DNA of 63,895 bases, the filler included, from Octopus bimaculoides (lineage: Eukaryota): the NCBI RefSeq assembly GCF_001194135.2. It is 6 parts of 6 records of this genome, joined end to end, with 100 filler letters (N's around TTAATTAATTAA, not from the genome) between each part and the next. Parts side by side here need not be neighbours in the genome. Positions count along the whole stretch, not along the records: positions 1 to 16,482 come from NC_068989.1; 5 more parts are not named here. One strand, written 5' to 3'. A program made the translations under genes and the position numbers. Position 1 is the first letter of the stretch. Each line of letters opens with the position of its first letter. The notes under the pieces are model-generated. The model was not told the origin of the DNA, ran no database searches, and saw nothing but the letters and a program-made list of their open reading frames with translations. This document shows positions 1 through 13,244 of this stretch, one piece after another.

Positions 1-660
1 ATATATATATATATATATATATATATATACGTATGCAATCATACATACAACCACACATACAGCTATTCATATATTGAACATAATTTGTCCACAGATTTTC
101 TTTTGCTATTATATACATTGGGATAATTTGCAGAGTGTATATCGGAGAGCAGAATACAAGAGATTTAGTTTAACTATTATATCATCTTAAATTGTATTAT
201 CTTTGCACTTGTTTTCCTAGCGAATGCCTTTATGTTGACGGTAACCGTTATGTAGATAATTACATAATCACATTGAACGCCAGATAGAAATTTAATCCAT
301 TATTATTTACCAACGTTAGTTGGCTGACAGTGCAAAATTACAACTGTGTATAAATATCCCTTCAACAACTGCCTACAGCAGCTACAACGGATCTGCAACA
401 ATGGGTGATGCGAGTTCTTCAGCAATATTCCTGAAAATATCTGAAACTATTTGCTGTGGACCCGAGCAGAGTCTGTAGCAGGATATCTCAACAACTATCA
501 GCGGAGAGCGGAAAACAACGCTGCTATCTCTCATCCAGTTATTGTAGGCAAGACGTGATGAAATTTGTTTCTTACTTTGCCAAATTGGAGAATTTGCAAT
601 ACAAGTGCAATTAATATTGCATTTTCTGTTGTACCGAAAATTTCCAGAATGATTTTGTGC

Positions 661-673
661 GTGCTGTGTGTGT

Positions 674-732
<59 letters not shown>

Positions 733-733
733 T
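661..733. repeat. (TG)n microsatellite
   Basis: Near-perfect TG run. Similar TG/CA/TA runs occur throughout, e.g. 1671-1795, 2300-3240, 8545-8655. Confidence 0.95.
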
Positions 734-1666
734 GTAAGATTTTGACACAACATATGCACTCTATCTACACGATGAAGTAGTTAACAACAAACGCTAGGTT
801 ACTGTACATTAGAGAATTTTAAATACGCTGGTAATATCAGTGTAACTAGGTACGTTTTCTTAATGTGCCTTCTAAAACGAGATTTAGATGATTTAAAGTT
901 TTGCTTTTCATAAGATAAAAGTATCTGTGTATGTATCCATGTGAAATATTATTTGTGTTCACAAAAGCAAATTAAGTACGCATACAGAAGCAGATCAGTA
1001 TGTGTAGTATTAGTTTCTGTTTTTTTTTGTAAACATTTTCCTTTAATTTCGTCATTAAAGTTTGTCTGTTATACTTGGAATGTCAGTGATTTGTAAGCCA
1101 AGTAAAAAATTAAAATATAAAACAGCATTCTTTATATAGTAGTAATATATAGGAATGCTACTATATTTATTTATCAGTTAAATATATTAAAAACGAAAGA
1201 AGGAAATGGAATGATCTATGTAAGAATCTCTAAGTGAAAATAGAAGATCAGCTACCTAAGTTGTATTAGATCAAAGAAAATTCTAAGTTAACAATGAAAA
1301 ATGGCTTAGAACGCAGTTGTGGTGAAAGCAAGCTGGAATTTGGTTAGCGAAACACAACCGTAGTACCTATTCCTACGCACACATGCACGCTCACAAACGC
1401 TTATATACGTATATATATATTATTAACACCTACCCACGGATGTATATATGATTATATCTAAGCATACACATATACGAAATGTATTGGAAGTTCAAATATT
1501 CCCCTAGATGCATACATACAATTCTTATAGATATCAGTTCATCAAGACGATCATATACCTGACTCGAGTAAAAATAAAATACAATAAAATAAAGCAAATA
1601 TTCCATTTTAAATAAAATTCATGGATCTGGGCATGAATTGGTCATATTTTAGTCTACTTAGCTGGA

Positions 1667-1797
<131 letters not shown>

Positions 1798-3085
1798 ATA
1801 AAAAGGGGTTTGCATGATAGTATATAGAAGAATATATTATTCAAAAGAATTCCAACTCTGTTTTTTATGTTTTATTTATATTCTTATAAAATTAATGTAG
1901 GATATAGAATATGGAATATATAGGATATATAGTAAAATGAAATGAAGTATTTAATGTCTTATTGAGTAAATGGAATATTGAACGTACACACGCACACACA
2001 GGTATGTTGATACAAACAGGAAAAATAGAACTCAAAATATGAGTATGTGTATATTTTTATTAATATTTAGCAGAAGCAACAGAGTGACTCAAGATCCAAG
2101 AGTTTCATGCATTGGCACTTATCAAGCTAGTTGCTCATAGTTATATTCCCTTCTGGATTGTTCTAGAACGACTCATATTAATGTCACGTGGATAATTCAA
2201 ATAGTTAGCTCGTTATGTCGTTCAATAAGTAAGTACATAGGTAAATGAGTAAAGAAACACACAGAAAAAGAAAGAAATCGTGTGTGTCATCACAGGCGCA
2301 TACACACTCACATATACATACACATACCAAAAACGCCCCACAAAATTTGCACATACATATATACATACACATACATAAACGCACTCGCACTCGCACACAC
2401 ACATATATGTATGTGTATATATGTAGTACACACAAAGGCACTCACGTGCGTACATACATATATATATACATACACACACATATATAATCAGATATAACAT
2501 ATACATACACATATACATAAAGATACGTACACACACACACACATACACACACACATATATATATATACACATACACACACATATATATATATATATATAC
2601 TCTTATATAACATATACATACACATATACATAAAGGTACTTACATATACACACATATACATACATATATACACATACAGATATGCATACAATCATGTGCA
2701 CATACAATCTCCTACGCATATATTTATATACACGTATACACGATAAATAGAATAAAGTAAAGTATAAGTTTAGAATAAAATAAATAAGCAAATATAAATA
2801 TAAATATAAGATAAAGAATGAATATTAAATAGAACCAGTCCTTGTTTTCTTTCTCCTTCTTGTTATATGTATATACGCACATGTACATACACAGACACAC
2901 ACACACACATATACACATACGTAGTCTCAAACGCAGGCACATGCGTAAACGCTTATGTTTATATATATACGTATATACATTCATAAACATACTCACGCAC
3001 ACACGCGCGCGACATCACACAACAATAACAGTTATATATATATGTATATACGTATATGTATGTATATATATATATATGTATGTAC

Positions 3086-3166
<81 letters not shown>

Positions 3167-3190
3167 GGTATATATACATATATATGTATG

Positions 3191-3225
<35 letters not shown>

Positions 3226-3571
3226 GCGTGTGTGTATGTGGATAAACTAATTTTATACCACCGTTATTTGAAAAGACCCTTTGTATTCATATAGTAGAGT
3301 ACTCGAGTATTATACTATTTTATCAGTGTAGAATTGTTTTCCTAGAATTTGAATGGCTTTAAAATGTTGTGTTTGCAAGAGAAAAAGCGTTCTTATTTTA
3401 GATTAAGTAAATTATTGCCACCTAATAGAATACGCAGTGCTTCACTGGAGCAAAATTTGTATTTCTTCTTGTTTCCAACGTAATCAGGGGCTCTTGATTT
3501 TTATACCTCAGTGTAGTTTGTGTACCGTATTCGATGAATTACAATTAAATATGTGCCTAGCTAGTCTACTT

Positions 3572-3953
3572 TAATTACCTCCGCCTTCGCTAAGGCAGAG
3601 GTATTGTTTTCAGTCTGATTTGTTTGTTTGCTTGTTTGTTTGTCTATGGACAAGATATCTCAAGAACCGCTGGATGGATTCGGATGGAACTTTCAAGGAT
3701 GTTTAGCCTCGTGACTGAGACGAACTGATTAGATTTTGAGATCGATCCGATATCGAACAAGCATTCTGAGTTATTTTTCCTGTTTATTTTACTTAATTTT
3801 TGAGAGCGGTCGGGTTCATTTTTAGTATTCTCGTTTGTGAGAAGCAGTCGTATTTATTTCAGATATTTTCATTTGAAAAATCATTTCTGGCTAATCGTTG
3901 AGAGGACGTTGGTGTTGTTTGGCGGAGATTTGCGCTCTCTGATTGATCTGGTT
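3572..3953 (+). mobile_element. Helentron-associated non-autonomous element (HINE/DINE-1-like)
   Basis: 5' sub-terminal CCTCCGCCTT with adjacent inverted copy AAGGCAGAGG (3578-3601), then a (TTTG)n tract. 3' sub-TIR TTGGCGGAG (3919-3927) is followed by a decayed GCGCTCTCTGATTG hairpin; both ends lie in TT. This is the established HINE architecture. Confidence 0.75.
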
Positions 3954-4405
3954 ACATAATTTTTTTTCATCCTGAAGCTGTGTGTATGCAAGTTGTAATA
4001 ACATTTAAAGTGATTAGTTTTACATCCAACGTAATAACGAATATACTTTGCAGTAATGGCACTATATTTGCAGATAACATTATGTATTAAGCCGCTGCAG
4101 CCTTTCTTCCTATCGCTATTTCAGTGATGAAATAAAACCTTTCTATCTTGTTATATAAAGACTATCCTCTTAACTTAATACACAGTTTTTTTTTCACTTA
4201 GCACTGTCGAACAACTGATTTGAGTAAATAATGTTTAAAATTACTATTTCTTATGACGATATGGCGTTTCAAAGGGATTGACCCATCGTCCAAATAACGA
4301 TTACCGTAGAACATTTTACTAATTGCAACCGAAACACGCGTAAAGATCATGTAATTTATGATATTATGATAAAAAGATAAATTCACACGTCTGTTGTATT
4401 CCTCT

Positions 4406-4446
<41 letters not shown>

Positions 4447-4879
4447 ATGCCTCGCACAGAGACATATATGCAAATATTTAAGTTGAAAAGCAGAGTGACG
4501 AAGAGAGTGCGTGTGAAAGAGAAACTGATATAGATAACAGGGTTGATAATACAGATATGAATTTATAGATTTTAGTATAACTTGCTGTGACAAAGAATTC
4601 CTGGCCCAAAACAAACCAAGACAGGAGAAACTAAAACAATAATAAATCAGTTGATATTGAAAATGATAAGGAGGAATCTTAAACAACTAAAAATGTATAT
4701 TTTAGAAAAAACCTTCACCGATTAATGTTAATAGTTTTATACATACACATACGCATGCACACATGCACACACACACACACACGCACATATACTCACCCAT
4801 GCACATACACACACCGCACGCGCGCACACACACATACACACACATACACACACAATGCATTTGATGATTGAAACGGATC

Positions 4880-5178
4880 TTCGGCAAGCTTCGACGATAA
4901 GCACTCCGTTATTCGCTCAATCAGCCACTCATTAAATTACGTTGTATTGCTTAAGTAATCTATGGATATGTGTACCCTTAATGTGAATTTGTGTGACAAT
5001 GCATTCCACAAGTCTCACTTTTGAATTACAGGTACAGTCCGACCATCAATCCAGTCTCACTTAAGAGGCTTCCTGCAATATGAGTGTGTGTTAAAATGCA
5101 TCTGTCCAAAAATAGACAATGTGGAATCGAATCCGGGATCTCATTGTTGCGAGGCGATTACTTTGATCACTGTGCCGC
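4880..5178 (-). mobile_element. Degenerate tRNA-derived SINE (family D)
   Basis: Minus-strand head GCGGCACAGTGAT...GGATTCGATTC (A/B-box-like). Body GTGTACCCTTAA is similar to copies at 33857 and 48252. Confidence 0.55.
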
Positions 5179-5789
5179 ATCTATCCATCCACCTTTATAT
5201 ANNNNNNNNNNNNNNNNNNNNNNNNNNNNNNNNNNNNNNNNNNNNNNNNNNNNNNNNNNNNNNNNNNNNNNNNNNNNNNNNNNNNNNNNNNNNNNNNNNN
5301 NNNNNNNNNNNNNNNNNNNNNNNNNNNNNNNNNNNNNNNNNNNNNNNNNNNNNNNNNNNNNNNNNNNNNNNNNNNNNNNNNNNNNNNNNNNNNNNNNNNN
5401 NNNNNNNNNNNNNNNNNNNNNNNNNNNNNNNNNNNNNNNNNNNNNNNNNNNNNNNNNNNNNNNNNNNNNNNNNNNNNNNNNNNNNNNNNNNNNNNNNNNN
5501 NNNNNNNNNNNNNNNNNNNNNNNNNNNNNNNNNNNNNNNNNNNNNNNNNNNNNNNNNNNNNNNNNNNNNNNNNNNNNNNNNNNNNNNNNNNNNNNNNNNN
5601 NNNNNNNNNNNNNNNNNNNNNNNNNNNNNNNNNNNNNNNNNNNNNNNNNNNNNNNNNNNNNNNNNNNNNNNNNNNNNNNNNNNNNNNNNNNNNNNNNNNN
5701 NNNNNNNNNNNNNNNNNNNNNNNNNNNNNNNNNNNNNNNNNNNNNNNNNNNNNNNNNNNNNNNNNNNNNNNNNNNNNNNNNNNNNNNAA

Positions 5790-5908
5790 TACAAAATAGG
5801 ACAACGAAACATCCAGTTAGACGATACAAAGAAAACAAGGACGGGTCATTCGGAGTTTTCTTTCCTCAGTCGAGTTCCAGATTATCTTCGCAATTGCGGC
5901 TGATTATA
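5790..5908 (+). repeat. Interspersed repeat (family G), class unknown
   Basis: About 115 bp nearly identical to the reverse complement of 20878-20990. Confidence 0.8.
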
Positions 5909-6031
5909 TATATATATGAGAAATAGTTGCCATGCACCAATAGAACATACAAGACTTTTCTCACGGTAATTATTGCAGTAGTCTGTGTTCTAGCACATCC
6001 GCTTTTAGGTGGTGATAAACGTTACCTTTTG

Positions 6032-6032
<1 letters not shown>

Positions 6033-6089
<57 letters not shown>

Positions 6090-6111
6090 TTGCACACGTG
6101 CGCACGCGCAC

Positions 6112-6192
<81 letters not shown>
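6033..6192. repeat. (CTAT)n then (CA)n compound microsatellite
   Basis: Direct reading. Confidence 0.95.
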
Positions 6193-6194
<2 letters not shown>

Positions 6195-6240
6195 TAAATA
6201 TATATTATCGAACATACATGAAAAATGTATACACCTCACA

Positions 6241-6509
6241 TGTTCGCTGATAAGCTGCGATTTGACGTAGTGGAGATGACTCTGTCGAAGCGCAGGGTTT
6301 TTAAATACCCAAAAGTTGTAAACAGGCGAGACAACCCACTCCGAGTCCCATTGAGGAGTGATGGACATCGATTTTTCGCCATCTTTGTGGTTTATCAACA
6401 TTACGTATCTAACCAAACCGGAGGTTGTCTCGCTTGTCTATAACATTCAGGTGTTTTAACTTTGAGACAGTAATCTCCACCGCGTCAAATCGCAGCCGAT
6501 CGGCGAACA
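6241..6509. mobile_element. Fold-back/MITE-like element with ~90-100 bp imperfect inverted arms
   Basis: TGTTCGCTGATAAGCTGCGATTTGACGTAGTGGAGAT... at 6241 matches the reverse complement of ...ATCTCCACCGCGTCAAATCGCAGCCGATCGGCGAACA ending at 6509. Pairing continues inward to GCGAGACAACC/GGTTGTCTCGC. Confidence 0.75.
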
Positions 6510-6600
6510 AGCACAGTACATGTAATGTTTATATGTGTTGTTCGATAATGTTTGTAACACTACCGCTGCTTGTAATTCATATTTGAATATATATATATAT

Positions 6601-6910
6601 ACTCTTTTACTCTTTTACTCTTTTACTTGTTTCAGTCTTTTGACTGTGGCCATGCTGGAGCACCGCCTTTTAGTCGAGCAAATCGACCCCAGGACTTATT
6701 CTTTGGAAACCTAGTACTTATTCTATCGGTCTCTTTTGCCGAACCGCTAAGTTACGGGGACATAAACACACCAGCATCGGTTGTCAAGCGATGTTGGGGG
6801 ACAAACACAGACATACAAACACATACACTCACACATATATATATATACATATAAACGACAGGCTTCTTTCAGTTTCCGTCTACCAAATCCACTCACAAGG
6901 CTTTGGTCGG
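6601..6910 (-). mobile_element. SINE family A (tRNA head + CORE-like domain), 3' part, cut by gap
   Basis: High identity to copies at 26447, 36557, 43862 and 50610. Ends in a (TAAAAGAG)3 tail on the minus strand. Confidence 0.9.
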
Positions 6911-8573
6911 NNNNNNNNNNNNNNNNNNNNNNNNNNNNNNNNNNNNNNNNNNNNNNNNNNNNNNNNNNNNNNNNNNNNNNNNNNNNNNNNNNNNNNNNNN
7001 NNNNNNNNNNNNNNNNNNNNNNNNNNNNNNNNNNNNNNNNNNNNNNNNNNNNNNNNNNNNNNNNNNNNNNNNNNNNNNNNNNNNNNNNNNNNNNNNNNNN
7101 NNNNNNNNNNNNNNNNNNNNNNNNNNNNNNNNNNNNNNNNNNNNNNNNNNNNNNNNNNNNNNNNNNNNNNNNNNNNNNNNNNNNNNNNNNNNNNNNNNNN
7201 NNNNNNNNNNNNNNNNNNNNNNNNNNNNNNNNNNNNNNNNNNNNNNNNNNNNNNNNNNNNNNNNNNNNNNNNNNNNNNNNNNNNNNNNNNNNNNNNNNNN
7301 NNNNNNNNNNNNNNNNNNNNNNNNNNNNNNNNNNNNNNNNNNNNNNNNNNNNNNNNNNNNNNNNNNNNNNNNNNNNNNNNNNNNNNNNNNNNNNNNNNNN
7401 NNNNNNNNNNNNNNNNNNNNNNNNNNNNNNNNNNNNNNNNNNNNNNNNNNNNNNNNNNNNNNNNNNNNNNNNNNNNNNNNNNNNNNNNNNNNNNNNNNAC
7501 TTTTGAATTATTAATTCTTTCCGTTTCCTCCCCTACTGTTATTTCGCTGTTATCTTGGTGCTTTACGGTGGTTTAATTAATACTTTGACTCTTATTTCTG
7601 GCAGGTTGATGCTTTTTCTGTATCCTTACGCTTCCTGCTAATTTGTAATTTGAAGCTAAATAATGCTTTTTGCCTTCGAACCACCTATGTTGCTCCTGTT
7701 GATATCATCAACTTAAAATCTTATCCGTTGATGACATTAACAGTAGTGACATCTTATTTCAAATCTTAGCGTTTGAATGTTTTGTTTATAAATATTTCTG
7801 CATCATGTGCTGTGTTTTGGGCGCGAAACAAAACCAGTACACTAGCGGAGTTTAACGTGACGTCATGAAATTTTTACTGGGTAGTCTACACTGAAGAGAT
7901 TCAAGGATTGAATTTCCAAAATCCGAAATCCGAAAAGTAATAATGATTAATTGTATGTACGAATTTAAATGGATTTTTAAAAACTGCCCAAATCAAAATA
8001 ACATTAGTAATCGTTAAGAAGATATACATTAAAATACCTACAGTTCATTCTTTTTTTGCATTTTTCTCCTTTTCTTATTTTTACTTACAAGGTGCATAAA
8101 GCGAATGTTTTGAACAAAATCAAGCACGCGGAGAATGGGACATCGTGAATGGATCAATAACAAACGTATCTTCTCATTATGTATGCATGCTATAATTCAA
8201 GACTGCTACCTAACTATGATTTATGAGTAGAACTTGTCAACACTTTAATTGTATTTAGTGAATTTATGTCCATTACAACCCGAACTGTGTCTCTAAATTT
8301 CGTTATGCTCCATGTGTATATTAGGTTTATGTTGATCATGTTGTTAAACTATTACCTATCGTTACTATGAATTACCTTTGTATCACTTTTCTTGTGATTA
8401 ATATTTTTGCTTACTTATCATTATTTAAATTCATCATGTATTGACTAACCAAATATATTCCGTATCTTCATGATATCAGTGTACCGTTGCAGTATTTCCT
8501 TTCCTTTATAAGTAAATTACATAACATAATCAATATAGTTTTATTATATTGTGTGCGTGTGTGTGTGTGTGTG

Positions 8574-8655
<82 letters not shown>

Positions 8656-9652
8656 CATATATGCATCCATACATTTATATATGTATATATGAACTGTTTC
8701 CGTACTGAGAATACTTTCCTTTGACTGGTTTATTTGTTTGCAGTTTTATTTGTTGCATTCGTTATATAACCTATACTCTATTTATTTTGTATTCGTGGGT
8801 ACATAAGAATGTCTTAATTTGTTTGTTTAATTTAAGTCTTTCGGCTGTTGTATTGTGTGATGTGTCCTTTGTTTAGCCTGCCCATGCATGTAATTATGCA
8901 TCTATGTGTAACTGTTAGTGTACAGCAGTCTATATGTATGCATGCATCTAAGAATGTGTGTTACATTTGGCATGTATAAATGTACGTGCTGCTTAGTATA
9001 ATCTGTAATCGTGTTGGCCACTGCCTGTGTATGATGGTTTGAGAATAACTTCTGATATGTCACCTTCTAGGCTGGTTTGACATCTATACGGTTATACCTT
9101 ATATCATCTAGAACGTTTCATTAATATATTTCGAATGCATTCGTAAAGTAACACCTCAAAAGTGGATGTATCTTGTGATGTTAATTTAATATATTTATCT
9201 ATTTTCTTAGAACTCCACTTGTCTGTGTTCTTATTTATATTTTTATTTATTTCATTTTGTCTTAGTTTTATATTGTTCTATATTTGTAAGTGTATTTTAT
9301 TCTGACCTTGTTTTTCATTCTTTGCTTTATTATTATTTTTGTTTGGACATGATTACCAGTGATATATGAACAACATGATAGAGTTCTTATAGTTCAATTA
9401 GCATTTGCTGAAGAAATGATTTTATAAGTACATAAAATTTTTAAATCGAGCATACAAATGAAGGCTTCGAAATATGAATGCTCTTTTCAATAGAGAGGGA
9501 AAGAGAGAATCAAGCAAATACACACAAACACAATGTACAGGAATACATATACATAAAATATATATGTATGAATACTTAATATGTTTATATATATATATGC
9601 GAATATTATATATATAAGCATGAAAATACAAACACACACACACGCACGCACA

Positions 9653-9710
<58 letters not shown>

Positions 9711-10314
9711 TACACACATATATCTATATACTTATATGATACATTAAAACGAGCAACAAATATATTCGAGCATGTATCGAATATTGTTTTATAAGAATAG
9801 AAGTGTTAATGCATTCTATTAACTATGCAAGTATTTTCTATTACTATTTTCCCACCTGTTTTCATTTTATGGCATGTGGTGTAGCGCATCGCTTTTAATA
9901 CAATTCCCAACAAAAATAGAAAAATGATTCTGCGATGAATATTAATATCATAACAGAAGGCTAGAATTAAGATACAACATACATGCGTCACAAATTTTCG
10001 TGTCATGACGTAGAAACATAACATACAAATGTCCACATTCTGGCTGTAAAATATTAATAAACATTGGACAACTCGAAAAAGAACAGTAGAGAAGACAAAA
10101 ACACTCTATATCCTGAATATGTGTCAAAGAGAGACTGAAAATGTTGATAAAGATGGATTTGAGAACATTGTTATGAGAATATGTTACGCAAATGCAAGAA
10201 AGGTTTAATAAAAATGATTAAATGAGAACACAGTTGTGTTTTCAATGCTCAAGGAAAGGCTATACACCGTATTTATAAGTATGCATGTATGTATGTATAT
10301 ATGTATGTATGTAT

Positions 10315-10652
10315 GTAATATAAATTCCGTTCTGTCTGTGTGTGTGTAAAAGATTATAACGGTCACATATTTCAACTAATTTTATCCAAATTGGGAACGG
10401 ATATTACTTATGTTCCAGGGAGAAGGGAGGTAACTTTGTGCGAAGTAAATTTCAGAAATCGTTTGTCTGCCTTTCATAAAAAAAAAATAAAATGAAAATA
10501 TTGCTTTTTATATTAGATTCACGTCTTTGAAAGTCTTTAAAATATTTTACTTCCGGTTTTCAAGCGTCAGTGACGTCCATGTCTCTTTATCTATCTCTCT
10601 GTATCTATCTCTATCTCTCTAAATAATCTCTATCTATATCTCTCTATCCATC

Positions 10653-10712
<60 letters not shown>

Positions 10713-10811
10713 ACAATCTATCTTTCTATCTATCTGTATCTATCTGTCTATATCTTATCTATCTATCTATCTATCTGTCTATCTATATCTATCTTATTTG
10801 TCTAACTAGCT

Positions 10812-10859
<48 letters not shown>

Positions 10860-12362
10860 CTCATTCACTCTCTATTGTTTTCACTTTCATTTTTCAGATG
10901 CTATTGTTTTCACTAAGTTCAATTGCTATTGTTTTCATTGTAAGTTTTCAATCGGTAATTATAAACAACAACGACAAATTACTGACAGAAAGAATTTCAC
11001 AATTTCTCATGAAAGTTATTTCATACATAATTTACTGGTAGAAGTACCTTCAAAAATATCATTTCAATCAGTACATTTGCCTCCAAATTTCTTATTTACT
11101 TTTGCAACGTTTAGTGTTCTTTTTTTTGTTGATAACAGAATTATTAATAAAAGTTCATAATTTACAGACAGAATTAACTTCAAAAATTTCACTTAAATCC
11201 CTAAAAATTTCTTATTTACTTTTGCAACAGTTTTGTGTTTTTCTGTTGTTAACTGCTTTTTTTCTGGTTCCTTCGATGCTAGCACTTTTGTTCACTGACA
11301 AATTTCGCTTCAACCCGTACAATTCTTTATTTTCCGTAAAAAGTTCTTATTTATTTTCTGCCCGTCGAATTAAGAAATATAATTTCCGTTACCCAAATAT
11401 TTTCATTGTTTACTATTTTCTGCACTCGTGTATTTCTGTATACGTATATAACCAAGCCTAGAAGGAAAGTGTCAAATTTGTCTACAATATTAAGGTCAAC
11501 CAAAAGAATGTCTCTGTCCAAGGAAAGAGAGACAGCTGCAGAAAGGGAAGTATACCAAGAAACGAACAGACTGTGCACTACAAAAGCCAGAGGATCTCAA
11601 AGTGATGAACAGCGGTATGCGCGGCTGACAAGGAATAGAATCTCCACTGCAGAACGAAGAGCAGTTGCAACAGCTCAGAGATGCAACTGCTATGAAGCAG
11701 CTTTCGATTATGATCCGGCAGTTCATTAAGCAAATGACACTAGAGTTTCCATTCGAGTAATGCCAACTAAGTGCATACATTGTAAAGCAAAGTAGTGGCC
11801 TGGTGAGACACCTGCACTGTACTGCAGTGGTGGAAAGGTTAAACTCCCTGCAATCTCCCAACCTCCAGATCCATTGAAGAAACTGTTGTCATTAACTGAC
11901 CAAGATTCCAAGCACTTCCAAAACAAAATTAGACAAAAGAACACTGCACTACGGATGACATCATTTGGAGCCACAAGAGATTTAACTGAGTCAAGATTCA
12001 TGCAAACTTTAAAGGCCCAAAGTCAAATTTATCATCGGATTAGCTCTCTACTACCTCTGTCAAATGAATCCCCAAAATCGGCCTCATTTGTTTATAATCT
12101 GTACCTGTTTTTTGGTTACGAAATAAGCTACACAAAACGTGTTTTGAATTACGTGTATTTACTTTATATACATATATGAGTTGAAAATTTTCTTTTAACA
12201 TTTCACTTAACGTCTATGTTCCATGCAGGTGTGGGTTGGAGAGTTATTAATGTAAAATTTTGGTATCTCAGTTACTAGCAGTTGAGACCTGCGAAATATA
12301 GACGGCGTTTTTAAATGTTCTTATTTCTCATTAACCCAGGCAACGCCGGGTATTTCTGCTAG
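10315..12362 (+). mobile_element. Internally deleted Helitron
   Basis: 3' hairpin CCCAGGCAACGCCGGG (12335-12350) followed by CTAG|T (12359-12363). Contains a Rep-helicase remnant and ~128-bp degenerate tandem units (11031-11240). The 5' boundary is uncertain. Confidence 0.6.
11495..12095 (+). pseudogene. Helitron Rep/helicase N-terminal remnant
   Basis: One frame with two stops: AFDYDPAVH*...KCIHCKAK*WPGETPALYCSGGKVKLP...SKHFQNKIRQKNTALRMTSFGA...QIYHRISSLLP. These are typical Helitron N-terminal motifs. Confidence 0.85.
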
Positions 12363-12435
12363 TGTATGTATATATATATATAAGTGCATGGCTATGTATA
12401 TGTGTAATTATAAGTATGTATATAACTATATATCT

Positions 12436-13035
12436 GTTTCATTTCGGGATTTGGTTTGCAAGATTCTTTATGTGAGTTCGTGTGTTGAAGCATATTTTGT
12501 GTCTGGGGAGAGTCATTCTCTTTTAGTGCCATATTATTTAACACATGCACCGGTGAAGTTTCCACTCGTTTACTTATTTTTCCTAAAATTTTCGTTGCGT
12601 CTTGTAGCCTTTTCAATAGTCATTGAATCTGTCCGTTCTCCGAGCTGCGTTCTTTTTGTTTGTTTGTGCGCATGTGTGTAGGTCAGTGTGTGTGCGCATA
12701 CACATGTATGTATGTATTTATGTATGTATGTATGTATGTATGTGTGTGTATGCATATATGCGTGCGTATATGTATATATGTACGTATGTGTTTACATTTG
12801 TATGTATGTATGTATTCTATATATTCATGTGTTTGTGTGTTTTTATGTGTGTGTGTTTGCATATGTGTATGTGCGTATCCCTGTCTCCTTGTGTGTGCAT
12901 GTCTAAGCGTGTCTGTGTAAGGGTTCTTGTGACTATGTACTGTGTCTGTATGTTTGGATATGTCTTCATATGTGCCCTTCTGTGAAGTGAAGTGTGTGTA
13001 TATCGTCACGTTTCAGTCTTCATTTCCGTATGCAT
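12436..13035 (-). mobile_element. TG/CA-rich interspersed repeat (family F), probable 3' region of the adjacent Penelope-like element
   Basis: Second, rearranged copy at 24651-25295. Lies immediately downstream of the PLE ORF; co-orientation is inferred from the 24.6 kb copy. Confidence 0.65.
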
Positions 13036-13244
13036 GTGTGTATGTGTGCTTGTCTTTTCATATTACCTATGAACCTATCCGTCTGTATGTATATCTGTTT
13101 ACATTCATATCCTGTACCTACATACATGTGCACATGCATATACGTATAGTATATACACAGACACATACATACATCTATATAACAGCCCACTAACTATTCT
13201 ACCTGTGTATAAATATAAACTGTGGGTATGGGGGTATGATTACC

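Noticed and set aside
382-620. ORF 382-759 (-) with a non-repetitive C-terminal half
   Set aside because: The N-terminus is a CA repeat, the other five frames contain stops, and no recognisable motif or convincing splice pair was found.
2205-3250. Many 60-120 aa ORFs rich in H/T/Y/I/V/C
   Set aside because: Translations of CA/TG/TA microsatellites. The same applies at 12.6-13.0, 24.7-25.1, 33.2-33.8, 46.4-49.1 and 59-63.6 kb.
4198-4400. Minus-strand stretch SKMFYGNRYLDDGSIPLKRHIVIRN
   Set aside because: Protein-like, but there is no homology I can name and splice signals are weak.
5084-7576. Long ORFs full of X
   Set aside because: They run through N-gaps. The same applies at 19.2-19.7, 32-33, 43.6-43.9, 52-53 and 60-61 kb.
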